Positions 26,557 through 40,500 of a stretch of 64,000 nucleotides of DNA are shown here, piece by piece. The notes beneath the pieces were generated by a model, which saw only the letters and a list, made by a program, of their open reading frames with translations, was not told the origin of the DNA and ran no database searches. Position 1 is the first letter of the stretch. Each line of letters begins with the position of its first letter. The position numbers and the translations under genes were made by a program. The stretch is from Tubiluchus corallicola (lineage: Eukaryota > Animalia > Priapulida), in the NCBI GenBank assembly GCA_030141605.1, contig JAQGDQ010000047.1, forward strand, positions 310,001 to 374,000, read 5' to 3'.

Positions 26557-26886
26557 CTAAGAAGATTTCTTCTATTCTGAACACCCAAAGCCAAACAGGC
26601 AAAGCGCGCTCTTTTTTGCTGGTTTAACCGCTGTGTTTACTTGTCTTAAAGGCAGATTTCTTTTTTTAGAGTTCTATCCGCCCAATGTTTACAATAGATG
26701 TAATGGGGGCATATGATGATGATTACGCGCGTGTTTCGTTGTGCCAAGTTAATGTATGAATCTCTTTAAAGTGTATTTCTGAATACTCTGTTTTTAAATG
26801 CCTACTTGTTGAAAGGCTTTAATGTTCCGCAGTGTTGAAGAACCCCTGCAGTCGATTTCGTCGTTCGCCCACGCAAGTGAAGAGAG
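26557..26886. promoter_or_regulatory. Probable bidirectional promoter and non-coding first exons of KDM1B (-) and MMS22L (+)
   Basis: A local CpG-enriched patch with divergent donor-like sites: minus AG|GTACGA at 26557/26556 and plus AG|GTGAGA at 26886/26887. It contains GCGCG cores (26604, 26727) and a CCAAT (26682). Both ATG exons are preceded by splice acceptors, so both genes need upstream UTR exons. Confidence 0.55.
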
Positions 26887-27463
26887 GTGAGAGAAACCAC
26901 AGACGAATATCACGATTCAGTGTAGTTTTAAAAATATGTTATTATCAAATTCAGTGTTAGGATGATATTATTATTCTCCTTCCCTCAGCCTAATGGCCTA
27001 AGAATGAGTGAATCATTGAATGCCTTTACCATTCGAATTAAATTATTACAATTATATCTTCTCAGCATGTAAATCAACTAATGACTAACACATTCTGCCT
27101 GCAACAATTGATTATGCAGGGTGCAGAAAGATGGTTCCAGAAACCAAATTTAATATTGTTCATATCCGAAAGGCTCAGAATTAGCAATATTTTATTTTAT
27201 TAGATGTATAATTTATATTTAAATTACATTAATACTTTATTAAATATTATTAAATAGACAAAGAGAATGGACGCGGTCTTGAAAGTAAACTTGGCTCTGT
27301 TTCTGCTGCAGTATTTGAGCTGTGTACTGCATGCCCAGGTAGCACACAGTGTGGTAAACGGCACCCAGAAGGTTAACATTTATTAATCATAACTCGGATT
27401 AATGTTTAAATGATTTTTTAAGGTGAGTGAGTGGTGGCTACAGTAAAGAACTAGAAATAAAAA

Positions 27464-30400
27464 ATGTCAAGTGAATCAATTACACCACCTTTGTCTCCAG
27501 TGTTTTTCCATGCTGAGGATACAGTTGATCTGCCTCCAGCTCCATATGAAGAATATGGTATGTTTCTAGTTTAATACTAATTAATAAAAATTAATTTTGT
27601 GCAAAGTTCATACAATCAACCTAATTGCCGTGAGTAACTTAATTAGGACCCTGCTGTGTAGCATTTCTTTCCTGCAATTGCTAACTGCAACAGATTAACA
27701 AAGTTTCACAATATAAAAATATTAGTGTTTTAATGACAAAAAGTAGACTCGGTAGTGCTCTTTATTTTATCCGTCAATTGTAAAGATTCAGCGACAGTGA
27801 AGAAATTGAAATCACTTATTTGTACAGGTGCATTTCTGCAGTCTTGACACAAGCTATGAGTCACTAAAGTTAGTGTTTTGCCATATACGGCATATGACTT
27901 TTTGCTCTTATATGCCAGACTTTTTAATTATTGCGCACTTTATCAATAAGTCTGCTGCGTCATCCCAAATACCACACACACTGAGCACTATTTAAACAGC
28001 GTAGGCATTAGGAGGATATAATAATCTATATTATCCTTTCTAAAATACTAAATAGAAATCTTTTTTACAAATTTCATACAGTCAACTCTATTGCCATGAA
28101 TTACTTGATTAGCACCCTGCTGTGTGTATGTTCCTATCCTGCAGTCATTAACTACTAGGTTCATTTAACAAAGTTCCACAGCAGTTAGAACTTTTTATAT
28201 AGTGCTTTGCACTGTTTACTGATCTAATTGCTTTTTGGCAATTTTGCTCTTACTGGCAAATTTCATTTAGTTCTGTGCACAATGACCACTTACTATTGAT
28301 TGTTTCAGAGGATGACTGCAGGATTAAGCAGATATTTTCTTGCAAAGGACCTTCTTTGATAGAAGTTAGTGAAATGGCTGGTGACCATTTGTCATGGTAA
28401 GTATTTGTCAAAGAAAGCATCAGTTTAATGTAGGCGACTAGAGTTCTCTGGATTGGAGCTCGGCTAGCCAGTTTGATTTAATGCGCACCTATAGCGTGCC
28501 GCCTATTGCAAGTGACCGCGGTAACACATGTCATGTTATACATGGTTAGAAAGCCTTCGAAATTCTCTGTCTAACCATATATCTTTTTATTGGGCATTCC
28601 ACTGAGAAGAAAAAATAACGAACAGCGATTCCAAGTAAAGAAGTTTTCTTGTTGGTTGTCAAATAAGAAAAGCTGTGCAACCAATTAAACACTCATTAAC
28701 ACGTTTGTTTGTTCTTATTTACCGATAACGTTAGACAGGATAATACATGAATGTAATTCCATGTGTTTATTTGAATGCTTGTTGAAGTTTCTTAATTTTT
28801 TTACAAATGCGTGATGCACTCTGCGTAATTTAATGTGCCAAAATTCTGTAAAAGAATATTCCTGTGAAACAAGGCTCCAAATTATCAGAACATTGTGATC
28901 TTTAGAAACTTATATACCTAACATCTCCATTTATCCTAGTTATGCACCACATTTTAAAAGTACAAAGTATATTCATAAGCTTATCCATATAACTGCTTAT
29001 TTTCACAACTCGTTACAGTCTTATTCAAGGCACCGACGCTTGTCCCCAAGAATTATTGAAACCATTCGTCACGCTATCTGGCTTCCTGTTTCCAGTACAG
29101 TCTTGCAGCGATCCAGACACTGTTGTAAGACAGTTCTCCCTGATTAGGTATATATATTTTATCTTGTAAATAATTGCAAATTTTTTTGCTGCCCGTTTAA
29201 AGGTTTTTGGCTTTGTTTAGTGACTGAACAATAGGGCTGCCATGTTTATTAAGTTTGTTAAATATTTACACGTTGCTTGCTAAATGAAACGTTTTCGTTT
29301 ACATTATGTAATTAAATGTATGTGTCTGGGGGAAGGGCGATATAAATTACTGTCTGGATCGAAGAAATGTATTTTATTATCTGTCACAATTAGTTAAATT
29401 GATTTGGAAATGATTATTACAAGTACAGTAGGTGTCGCATAATAGACTCACTTTGGGACCGACGTGTTTTGACCCAATTAACCCACTGAACCTATTAACC
29501 GATGGGTGTCGTATCACAGGTATAGAAGTATGAGTCATCAACTTACTATGCACTGCAAAGGTTTTTATGAATTTTAGAAATGAAGTAAGCCTATATTCCT
29601 TTGTGCAGTTAAAAATTAGAAAAAATATTTTAAAATATTAATTTATATAAGTGAATTAGCAATTATTAAAAAATGTACTTTTCTAAATCACAGACTTTTC
29701 TAACTCTGTTTATGTGTAAAAACTACAAAAATTCCTTCAAAGTCGGCTGCTTCATTTTCTCGCAAAGAAGTTGGCCCACAAAGTTCTCGTAATTATAAAA
29801 ATCTTGGAAATCTGTTGTTGTGCATGACTAAAACAGTTCTGAATCGTCTGCTCACTTACATTGCTCTTATTTGCTGTATGATGTTTGCTCTTGTAAGTAC
29901 CAAGGACTACCGGCTGGTTACTGTACCTGCATCTTTGACTGTTAACTCATTAAGCCTGAAAGCGTGACTTGCAGCGAGAGCAGCAAACGGAAGCCTCTAG
30001 GCAAGTGATTAAATCTTTAGCTTCCAGAAACTCTTTGGGTATCAGTGAGTGAGCCGGTAACAGATTCAAGGCAAAACCAGCATATTAGCGCATGATAAAC
30101 ATACCTGCTTACAAACAAAATGGTACTTAACATGATTATTTCAGCTGCATGCATACTGCACAAAAGGGAGGTAAAGATGATGTAAAAGTAGGAAAGTCTC
30201 TTTGGGCACATACAAATATCTTATTTTAAGTAGGTGATGGAAAAATATTGAGTCAATTATGTGGAGTTATTTTTAGTCAATCACTGATAGTTTTTATGTA
30301 TATTTGAATAGAAGCGGCCGGTTCCAGGCATTTTTGAGTCAGTTAACCGATTGAGTCTATTAACCGTGAGTCTTTTAAGTGGCACTTACTGTACTTTTTT

Positions 30401-33400
30401 CTGTATAATCTGGCTTGAAATGCAAGATTTAGGACTCTAGTTAGTCTAACATCTAGAAGCTATAATTATCAATAACGTGGCAACCTGATGTATGGGCAAC
30501 ACTGTTATAATTACCTAATGTGCATTGATTTGTTCACTTATTCTGTTAAGTCTAACATTGATCCATCTGTAGCCATTGCTTATTAAACCTCTACTTTGGC
30601 ACATATGGCTTATCTTATCAGTTGTGATGTGAAACAACAAGCAGCAAGCACACTTGGTACAGTCATAACATTGTAATTGTTATCATTGTGGTGTCTTTTC
30701 AGAAGTAAGCTAAAGGGAAACCGTGTATCATTTACAAAAATCAGTAAACATTTAAAGGGACTAAACTAAATGCTTTCATTTACACATGTAAACATAAACA
30801 GCTCCATTGAATAGTATCTTTATTTGCCAGTTTTAAAATCATTGATTGCATTCTTTTTACTCTGTGCAGTGTGCAGGTATTTATAAATGGTTTGTAGTTT
30901 TTTTTGTAGCGCCGTTAGATTGTAGAGTGTCTTATAAAGTTCATTTAATTAATTTAAAAAGTTGTACGTATGAAGTACTTAATGTAGCTAAATTTTGTTT
31001 TTGTTTTGTGTTTATTTCAAGCTATTTGTGAAACAACTTTACATTTTGTACAGTTGGTGTGCTTTGTGTCAAATTGCAACTTTGTTTCTGTTTGTTTTCT
31101 AGTAACTGCATTAACATCAAACTTTAATTTCCTAAATATAATTTGATTTTTAAGAACTTACACATGCAGTTAACAGTCTTCTTTCTAAATTTGATTTTTC
31201 ATGCTGCATTATATAAAAGGATTGACATCACTGTTTAAATATCAAATGAAATAAGATAAGGGAATATCCTGAAATACAAGCCCACAATGATTGGCAGTAA
31301 TACAGGATGTGGGTCATGACAAACAAGGAATATTGCAGTAACAATGTTTAAAGTTTTCTTTGCTGTCATTTCTGTTGCTTTTGTGCTGATTTGTTGGGTC
31401 TGATTTCAAGTTTGTAAACATTTGGAAAACTTTAGACTATGTAACTTGTACTTGTAGTGGTACAGAATAGCCAAGAACCTTTCTGATGTGATAAGGTAAA
31501 GCTGAAATATGCTAGAACTATACGATCTATACAATATAGTTAAGCAATTGTGTAACTTGAAAAGTTACTTTGAACAGAAAAACCTGACAGGGGATGAGGG
31601 GAATGAGACTATATCTACTTTACATAACATTTTTTATTTGTTTACAGACAAAAAATTTCAAGTCTGTCTCTGTTGGACTGCTCATTTTCTGGTGCTAATC
31701 AGTCGGGTGCTCTCTCACACCGGGTTGAAATTGTCAAATTTTTCTGCATCTTGAAAGCGAATTTGTACAGGTTAGAATGTTGTAAAATTGCTTTATGCTG
31801 TACATGGTAGTATAAAAGTGTTGTAAAGTTTTTATTTGAAAGTATATAATGCAGTACAGCACTAATGTAGCCTAAGATTGTTTATTTTACTTGGATCTGT
31901 ATTTTTTTATTTAGCCGTTAATCATGTAAAATATATGATTAAGCAAGAGAATCCTACAGAGAATATATTTAATCTCAAGTCTGTAGCTTCCTAAAGGTAA
32001 AATATTTGATAGCTTCACCTTATTTGTTGTTACTATAAATTTCATGTGACAGGCACTCACATACGTTTACGGAACATTGCTTAAATGTTATCGTTGAGCA
32101 ACTAAAAGTTTTGGTCTTACATTTGGGATCTTTGGCTTGGCTTTCAAGCTGTGTGCAGACTGCTTATTCTACTAAAGGCAATAACGTAAGTTACGTCACT
32201 TATGTAACTATTTATTTTTCGTAGTTTAAAATTTTAGAATTTGGATAGCATATTGGCAGAGATGAATTTATATTTGTTAGCTTCCTGATAAAAAATAAGT
32301 GCATATTCAAAGAATAAATAATTTTATTTAAATTAGTTACGATTTGCATCTTGAATTTCTGTTTGCTTTCAGTGCCAATCAGTGCAGTATCACATATTTC
32401 ACATGCATCTAGATGCAAGGCTACACATACTGGAAATAATTAACATCATAGAGACCAAATTTTCAGGTAAATAAGGTTTTTTGTAATTAAAAAGCTTTAG
32501 TCACAAATTGCTTTGTCTAAGATAAAATATTTAAATGAACAGCCTTAGTCTTTTCTCAAGGTCAAGATTCTTTCCTTGTGAGTTTGAATATTTAAAAAGT
32601 TTTGTCACTTACCATCTGAAATTTTTAGTATTTCTTTAGCTCAAGACCTGTAAAACAAAAACCATTTCTGTACATGGCTTTTTTTTAAATTTCAATCACT
32701 GGAAAAAGTTTAAAGATCGAAAAACAACCAAAAGAACTTAAGGTGCTTAAAGTTGTAATTCTTCATGGTTGTCTTTCGTAGTCATTACACGGGAAATCAT
32801 TTACCCACATTAAATCTCAGCACTTTTTAGTTAAGCTCCTTAGGCGGGCACGCTGTTGAGATTTTTTTGCACCAAAACTTCTTGTGCAATGTCTACAAAC
32901 ATGCGCTCATTAGGAGGTAGACTGTGAGCAAAATTAACTGCTAATTCAGATAAAAATTGTGGAAAATGCAACAAAAATACTCTTGCCTTATCATATCTTA
33001 AAAGACGTTCACTACAAGTTCTTAGACGTGTCCATATAATAACATTAATTCAATTAACTGATATCTTTATATATTATTTTATGTAACAATTTTTCTATAA
33101 TTAGCATTGGAGTACAGGATACCAGCTCTCTGCAACATCTTGTCAGCTGATGTACCACAATATTATACATCTTCGTTATTAATGCAGTATTGTATTCTGA
33201 TGGCTTGGGATCTTATGAATTTGGCAGCACGTATATATGGAAAGGTATGCGAAAAATTTGTTGAATAGCGGCTCTCATCAGTGATAAGGTTGCAGTTTTG
33301 TGTATTTATTAAACTTGTAAATCTTTAGCTTTTCATGTAGTAATTTTTTTTTGTATTTATATATATGTGTATGACTGTTTGTAAAATAATATTTTTGATT

Positions 33401-34522
33401 TTCAAGAAGCATAATATTTTTTACTCGTCTTCATTTCGTTGTTATAGGACTGCACTGATTCTTCACCTTTTAACTGTAGCTGTATTCAGGAACTCTGGAT
33501 TCTGATTATAAAGCTTTTAGATTCCCGAAACACTCACCTAGGAACAGATGTATGGTAGTATTAATAGCTGTTAACTTAGTCGCTTGTTTACTCTCTGTAG
33601 ATATTAAAAAATTACAAGCTGCAAAAACTTCGCATAATTTTTAATTAATTCATCAAGTACTTTGTTTTGCTTTAGTTTTGATTTAGCTCTGGGAAGTACT
33701 ACATAATTAAGTAGTTTTGTACAACTGGTTAACTTCTTGTAACTCAAGGAAAAGTAAGAAATTCAGTGTACAATGCAAAAGTGGTGGCATTTAGCTTGAA
33801 TTTCTTAACGCAAATGACAGGCTTTACCGCCTGAAAAGCAGTTCTATCATTATGTGGATACATACTACTTTTCGACCCATCAGTCAAAATTCTCCAAACT
33901 TTTTTTGAAAAATTACACTTGAGTTATGACATTGCATGCCTTTTTGAATACTTTCAGTCATTTTGGGATGCATTTCATCGCCTAACAAAAGTCATTTTAC
34001 TACCTGCTGGTACGGAAGAAGAAAAGGATGAAATGGGTGTGTTTTAGTGTGCTTCACCCTACCAAGCAATAAGGTATAGACGATTTGTCTATACCTTAAC
34101 ACTTTAAACATTTATAAAAGTATTTCATGAGAAAATTTAAAACTATAAAAAATGCTAAAAACTCACAGTCAATCACACAGTGTAAGTGCTGCAATACAGT
34201 TGTTTTGTGGAGTGTATATTGCATAATTTTTACACCTCTTGATCTGAATATACAATGAGGCTTGGCTATACGTTAACTGTTTGTAAGTTTCTTTTCTAGA
34301 TAGTGACGTCACCTACATTAATTATAACTCATTGGGAGTAGATGGTTTCGGATTTATCTGGTGGTTAATTAAAGGTGTGGCACTCCTGTACACAGTCAAG
34401 TTTGACAACAAAGAACCAATTGACAATCAGGTGGGCGCTAGTATTCTCTGTCATTTAGTTACGTTTATCAACAATGATCACTAATTGTCAAATAAGTGTG
34501 TTCCAGACTTCAGTATACCATG

Positions 34523-34554
<32 letters not shown>

Positions 34555-37500
34555 TGCGTGCGTGTGTGCCCAGCAAGCTTTTTTGAAAGTTAACTCGCAA
34601 TTGTGTTCAGACTAGAGAGCAAAACTAGCTGTGAGTTGCTCTCTAACAGTAAGCATGAGCTTATACTCCCTTCTATGTTCATGGCAAGCAGTACCAAGAG
34701 TAACTCTCTGAGGCTTTCACATTAGACAATAACTCACAGGAAATCACCTTGCAATAACTTGCCAATAGTAACTCGCAAAGCAGTTCTCACTTGCGAGTTT
34801 GCTGTCAGAGAGAAAATTTGCGACAGAAAACTCGCTAGTCTGAATATGCCATGAGAAATAAGGTATTATTATACAGAAATGTTTCAAAAAAATTCTGGTG
34901 TTGTAGAAATTGTTTTCAATCAAAAATATTCATCTAGTTGTAATCTTACTACATAATATTACTTTGCATTTAATTGCAGATAAAAAGCAACTATCAGACT
35001 TTAGTGCATTTACTGAAACTATTACTGTCAAATGAGAATACTGCAGAGAAACACCTTAGAACTTGTCTTGCTGTCTGCATAGAGCTATCGCATCTCTGGA
35101 AACCATATTTGGAAGTAATAAACTTGCTATGGGACTTTTTCTCCAAGAAGCTAGTGAGTCCAAGGTTTGAGTTAAATTGTACAAAATTTAGGACGTAACC
35201 TAAATTGGTTGGTTACATCCTGCACTCCTTGGAAGCCCTCTGTGTATTGTTTAATTCCAAGCAAATCAGAATGGTGTGAATAGTGAAAGTATCAAGTATG
35301 TTTTCAGAATTAAATTTGCAACTATCGTAGAATTTTATTTTATAATTATTTATTATCTTACTTAATGATTAATTTATGATTTCGTTTTTGGGAAAGAATG
35401 ATGCAATCAATGGTGTATGCCTATATTCAGTCATGTTGTTCCTGTTTGTGTTATTAATAGGACTGCAAACTAATATCTCTTCACATTTTTCAGAATAGTT
35501 CGTATTTGATTCCGGGACACTCTGTTGAAGATATTGCTTCTGTTAATAAGTCTGTGCCTGGCTGGATCAAGTCTCTGAGAGATAGAATTAACCTCCCCAT
35601 TGACAGGTTTGTATGCAGTTGTCGTAAAAACTGTAAAAAGCTTTATAAAATGCTAAGTTACTACGATTCTTCAGTGGAAGGATTGGAAGTGATTTTTCAA
35701 ATGAAAGAAAAGAAAAGAAAAATCTAAGCCCTAATGTATAATGTAAATATGAAATAAATAATCTCTTAGGTATGCTCTGTGATGTAAGTCTGTGCGGTGC
35801 ATTGTCTACTAGCTAACTATGTATGGCTGTCAATACTGGCTTCAAATTAAGTGCGAGATGTGCACTATGTGTGCGAGAAGTAGAAAATGTACCGCAATTG
35901 TATTTGCCTATATTTATGATGACCCGCTATTCTAAAGCACAACGTATAATTAAGTCTGCACATATATAATTTGGTCACTTGTAGCAGAACAAACTTGTAT
36001 TGCCGAAGTTTGATAACTGTGATTTGTGAACTTTTTATTGCAGGCATCAAAATTCTTTTAAACTGTTTCTCAAACTACTCTCACTTAAGCTGATGCGTGA
36101 TGAAGACTGTTGGAAAAAACTCAAGGGCCGGTAAATCTATTTGTTAGTCTTTAATAACAGCCATCTTCTCTGGACATCTCAATTCATTTTTTGTAGCTAA
36201 GTAAATCAATGTTTCTTAGAAGATGTAACAGACTTAAAAATATTCTCGAACTCTATAATGTTTAGCTTTATTCAGTGTATTTGAGTAATTTTTTATATCT
36301 TTGTGTGTCATTTGCTTGTTTATTATTAAGCAAAATTTTATATTCAGGTTCTTTTCTAAGTTTCACCAAAGGAAAATACAGCAACTTACTGAAACTGGGT
36401 GGAATAATGTTTTCAATTTGTTCTTGACCCTGGCTCATGCATCATTCACACAAGAAATAGTAAGTTTTTGTCTGGTTTGTATTCTTAAATAAGTTGTTAT
36501 ATGTGTTCACGTGTTTATTCTAGTAAATCAAATTAAAGTTTTTGATATTCAGAAAATCTTTCACTAACTTTTACTACAAAAGTGGAAATTTAAAATATCT
36601 ATTTTTTGGATATTTCTTTTTGCTTAGGTTTACAAATTAGTTGATTTACTGGATATGACTGACTTCAACCCACAAGACCAGGGCAAATTTTTGCAGATTT
36701 GGCTCGGTTGCTTTGCAGTGTTGTACTTAGGAGAGCAAAAACATGTGGACACTGCTGTTGTTGCTTCTAAAATTTCTGAATTATTTTATGCCGTATGCAG
36801 GTGTGCCACTGTTTTTTCTGTAATTCGTGAAGCTGTAACAAGTCACTGTTAAACTGAATTTGAACCATACACTTAGCTGTGGTTTAGTATGTGTACATTT
36901 TTGGCATATAATTGTTGTTTACTTATCTTAGAATGATAATAGTCTAGTTATATTGATGACAAAACAAAGCTCTTTATGTTTTAGATGCATTTAGTGAATT
37001 AGTTGTCATTGACTTAGTCGATCCTTTAGAAATAAATTCCTCACTTTTGAATTTTCACTATCTTCGCTATTCTAAAGTGCCATTTTGTGCTTGAGTATTG
37101 ATATTCGATGCCAGCTTGCCTTCACTTTGATTTATAAATTTCTTTATTATGAATTTTTTCTGTTTAGGGAACTTTCAGGAGCGAGCAGCCATGTCCGACG
37201 TGCTCAGTTATGGGAGTTAATATGTGTTTATTTGGAGAGCCTTAATGACCTTCATAATATACCATCTCCATTGATAGGCATGTAGTGCTTTGCTATATTA
37301 ATGAGTCTAGAAAAAAATTGTATCTTATAGTGAGAGACTTTATTCTCCTTGACTTAAGTTTTTTGTCATAGAAAAACTATATAAGGTGTTTCTTCTAATG
37401 AAAATTTATTTTAGACATGCATAAGCTTATGCGTCATATGTAAAAGGTTGAGTCATTGAACTTTTAAATGAACAAATCTTTACTTCATCTGTTCTTACAC

Positions 37501-40500
37501 TAATGAATTTACTCGATTATAGTAGAAGAAACTATGTATTTAACTGCATTTTTGTTGCACATCCTTACTAATTGCATTAATTACATTTTTGAATTATTGG
37601 ATATTGTTTGTTGTGTCTAGGACCAGGCTTTACAGTGCTATTTTCTCAATGTCGGGAACAGGAGCTACGAAAAGTTTTGTCTGTTTTGCATGACCTAATG
37701 TTAAGGTAAAGAATTTTTCTACTAATGTCAAGCTTTTTTAAATGATTTTTGTAATAAATCTTTCATTAAAATAAGTTGCAGTATGGATTACGCAGCTCTC
37801 ACAACATGTAATTTTTACAAAAAAATTGTCTATATTAACTTTGAGACACACTGAATTTTTAAATAACAAACATTTAACTGCTTACGGTAAAGTGTATTCA
37901 AACTAAGATCTGTAAACAGCCTGTGCATGTTTACAGTTTAGTACAATTTCGTTATCATTTAAGAAGTGTGTGCAGAACTAGTGTAATAATATTATTTCGA
38001 AGATTTTTTTGCAATCTGGTGCACTGCAAACTGGAATCCAAAAATTTGGTAGCAAAGCCTTATGTTCATAGCCGTGGTATGACCGGAATGTCACTCATTA
38101 TTGTGGCCTCTAAGATAAGACACAGAACCAGCAGGATGTCTCAGTCACATTCGGATGTGCTTGCATATCCTACTGGGATAAAAATAACCAGAATCAGTAT
38201 ACCAAGTGAAACCCCCGGAGTAAATATTATACCCACTGGTCACCCATCACTGGCAAGTCTTATGTCATTTAACCTTGGCCACTAAACACACACCATAATC
38301 ATTCAGTTAATCGCTTTGCTTATACGATTAGCTTAGAATCAGTAGCCAATATTCACTTTTTGACATAATTTCCATGTTTTACTAGTATTCTTGTTATTGT
38401 TGTTAAAATATTTATTTGTGCTAGATATCTGTCAGATGAACACTTACAGTCAAGCAATAACAGAGGCACTGTGTCAGCTTTATGGAAGAACATTTTTCCA
38501 TTTGTGAAGCAACATGCAGCTACGCCTACACCAGCACTGGTTATTGTTGATTTGGCTGTGGCATTTACTCGTTTAAGTTTAAATTTGTAAGTAGCAGATT
38601 TTTCATCATTGTTTATGTGAAAGAACTACAGAATTGCTGTAGATAGTGGATAATTCACTTATTCCATTCATGCCCTATTGATAAGTGTTTGCAATTATTT
38701 TTTTGACATGATGCAAAAAACAAATACTCAGGCCTATACAGAGCTGAATTATTTTTCTAAATGAATTGTTATTTGTTTATTTATAAATCAAAGTTTATTG
38801 TGGGCACAATTTTTGTCACACTGGTGTGCCATTTAACGGTCTTCTGGTAACCAGCATATATTTATATATGTCTTAGCAAATGTTGTTTAGTTTATGCTAG
38901 TTTCGTCTGAATAAATGTTACTGTATCTCACTTAAACAGAACAAGATGAATAATCCTGTTAAATAGTATCACAATAGCTTTCCACAGCAGCTTTCTGAGT
39001 ACTTGCCCTATGGTATTTTTTGAAAAATTCATTTTTTGTGTTGTTGTTTTGTTTTTGACATGATGCAAAGTTTTGTTTTGTTTTGACTTTCTTTTCTAGA
39101 AGTATATCTGTATAAACTGCATTTGCACTAACCACAATATCATCCCATATCTATTTTTAGTGATAAATCTTCATACTAGTACTATCATAAATACTGCCAA
39201 TTTATGTACAATTTAATGTTGCTCATCTGGTTTTAGTCAATGAAGTGTGCATTGCTAGATTTTTCATATTCATTTGTTTTTTTCTAGTCCTAGTCCTCTC
39301 AGTGACGCAAAAGAAACACCAGCCAGCATTTTTCAGTATTTCATGTTTGATGAGAGCATTTCTTCAAGGTATGCTTATAACAGTATCATTCTGTCGTTTG
39401 CTGCTATAATAGGGGTCTAAAATACGTTGCAGATATTGACTCTTGGTTTTTTTTAAAAGGTGTGCCTATGGTTGTGTACATTGACTGGTTAGTGAAAATA
39501 TTTTGTAATATTATGTGTTCATTTGTCGAAGAACATAAGTCTGTTAACCTTCCTCTGTCAAGCTCTTTGGTCCTTAGCTACGCTCCAAGATGAATTATCT
39601 TTTAGAATTGGAATCATTCCATTGGGAACTTTTTGTGTGAAATCTATCCGTGTAAGTAATCTGCCACCTCTCGGTTTCTTTGATGGTTGAATTTTTGTGG
39701 AAAAGCTTTAATAAGTGGACTATCTTCCGGTAACCTCTAAGCATGACCCACCCAATTAAGTCTTAAGTGCTAAATAAAAGTGCCTCATTGGTAATTGTGA
39801 GGTGGACCCCCCGCTGGTTGATTGACGTTCTGCAATCTATGTATTAACTTGCTGTTAGTGTATGTCTATACATATATGGTACTCATTAACATAAAAGGTT
39901 TTACTGCATTACCCGTTGGCAGTTAATATATTACATATACAGCTACACACTTTATTCTTGTCATCACACTTAAGGTACATTTTACATTTTTTACCGATTC
40001 ACCTTTAACTTTTATCTTTACAAACTATGACTTCAAAAACTATAACATTAAATATATTAATATTTTTACTTTTTAATAGTTTTTGTTGTCGGTTTTTTCG
40101 TCTTATTGCTGAAGATGCTGATGCATTGGAAAAGCTAATTGGACAAACCCCAAATGCTGATTGTCAGATTATTCAGGCTTGGTTTAGATGCTGTATGCAA
40201 ATATCTCCACAAATGGACAGAATGACAAGCTACGCAGACTTGCAGCAATTTACAAGGTGCAGTACTTATAAGTTAAATGTAAATAAGATTTATTACAATA
40301 TTTTAGCTATGACATTACATTTGAAATGGGTAAGATGGGAACATCACGGGTAACCAGGTTAAATCTGGTAAAACAACAGGTACTGATGGTATACTTACTG
40401 AGTGTGTTAAAATGGTATTTGAGGAACTACTAAACTGATTATTGAAAGTGTTTAACACAATATTTAATACTGATTCATTTGCAGAAGACCGATCAGAATG

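Noticed and set aside
26707-26788. C/D snoRNA-like ATGATGA...CTGA with a weak terminal stem
   Set aside because: It lies in the probable promoter, has no recognisable rRNA/snRNA guide or C'/D' boxes, and such motifs are frequent by chance in AT-rich DNA.
31987-31996. Candidate 10-nt microexon (tag|CTTCCTAAAG|gtaaaa) in MMS22L
   Set aside because: The exon 32053-32185 already gives the required phase 2->0 transition and matches MMS22L-like sequence. Including the microexon would shift the frame.
37923-38285. 120-aa ORF in an MMS22L intron
   Set aside because: No homology and not needed for the phase-consistent gene model; it overlaps SINE-like sequence.
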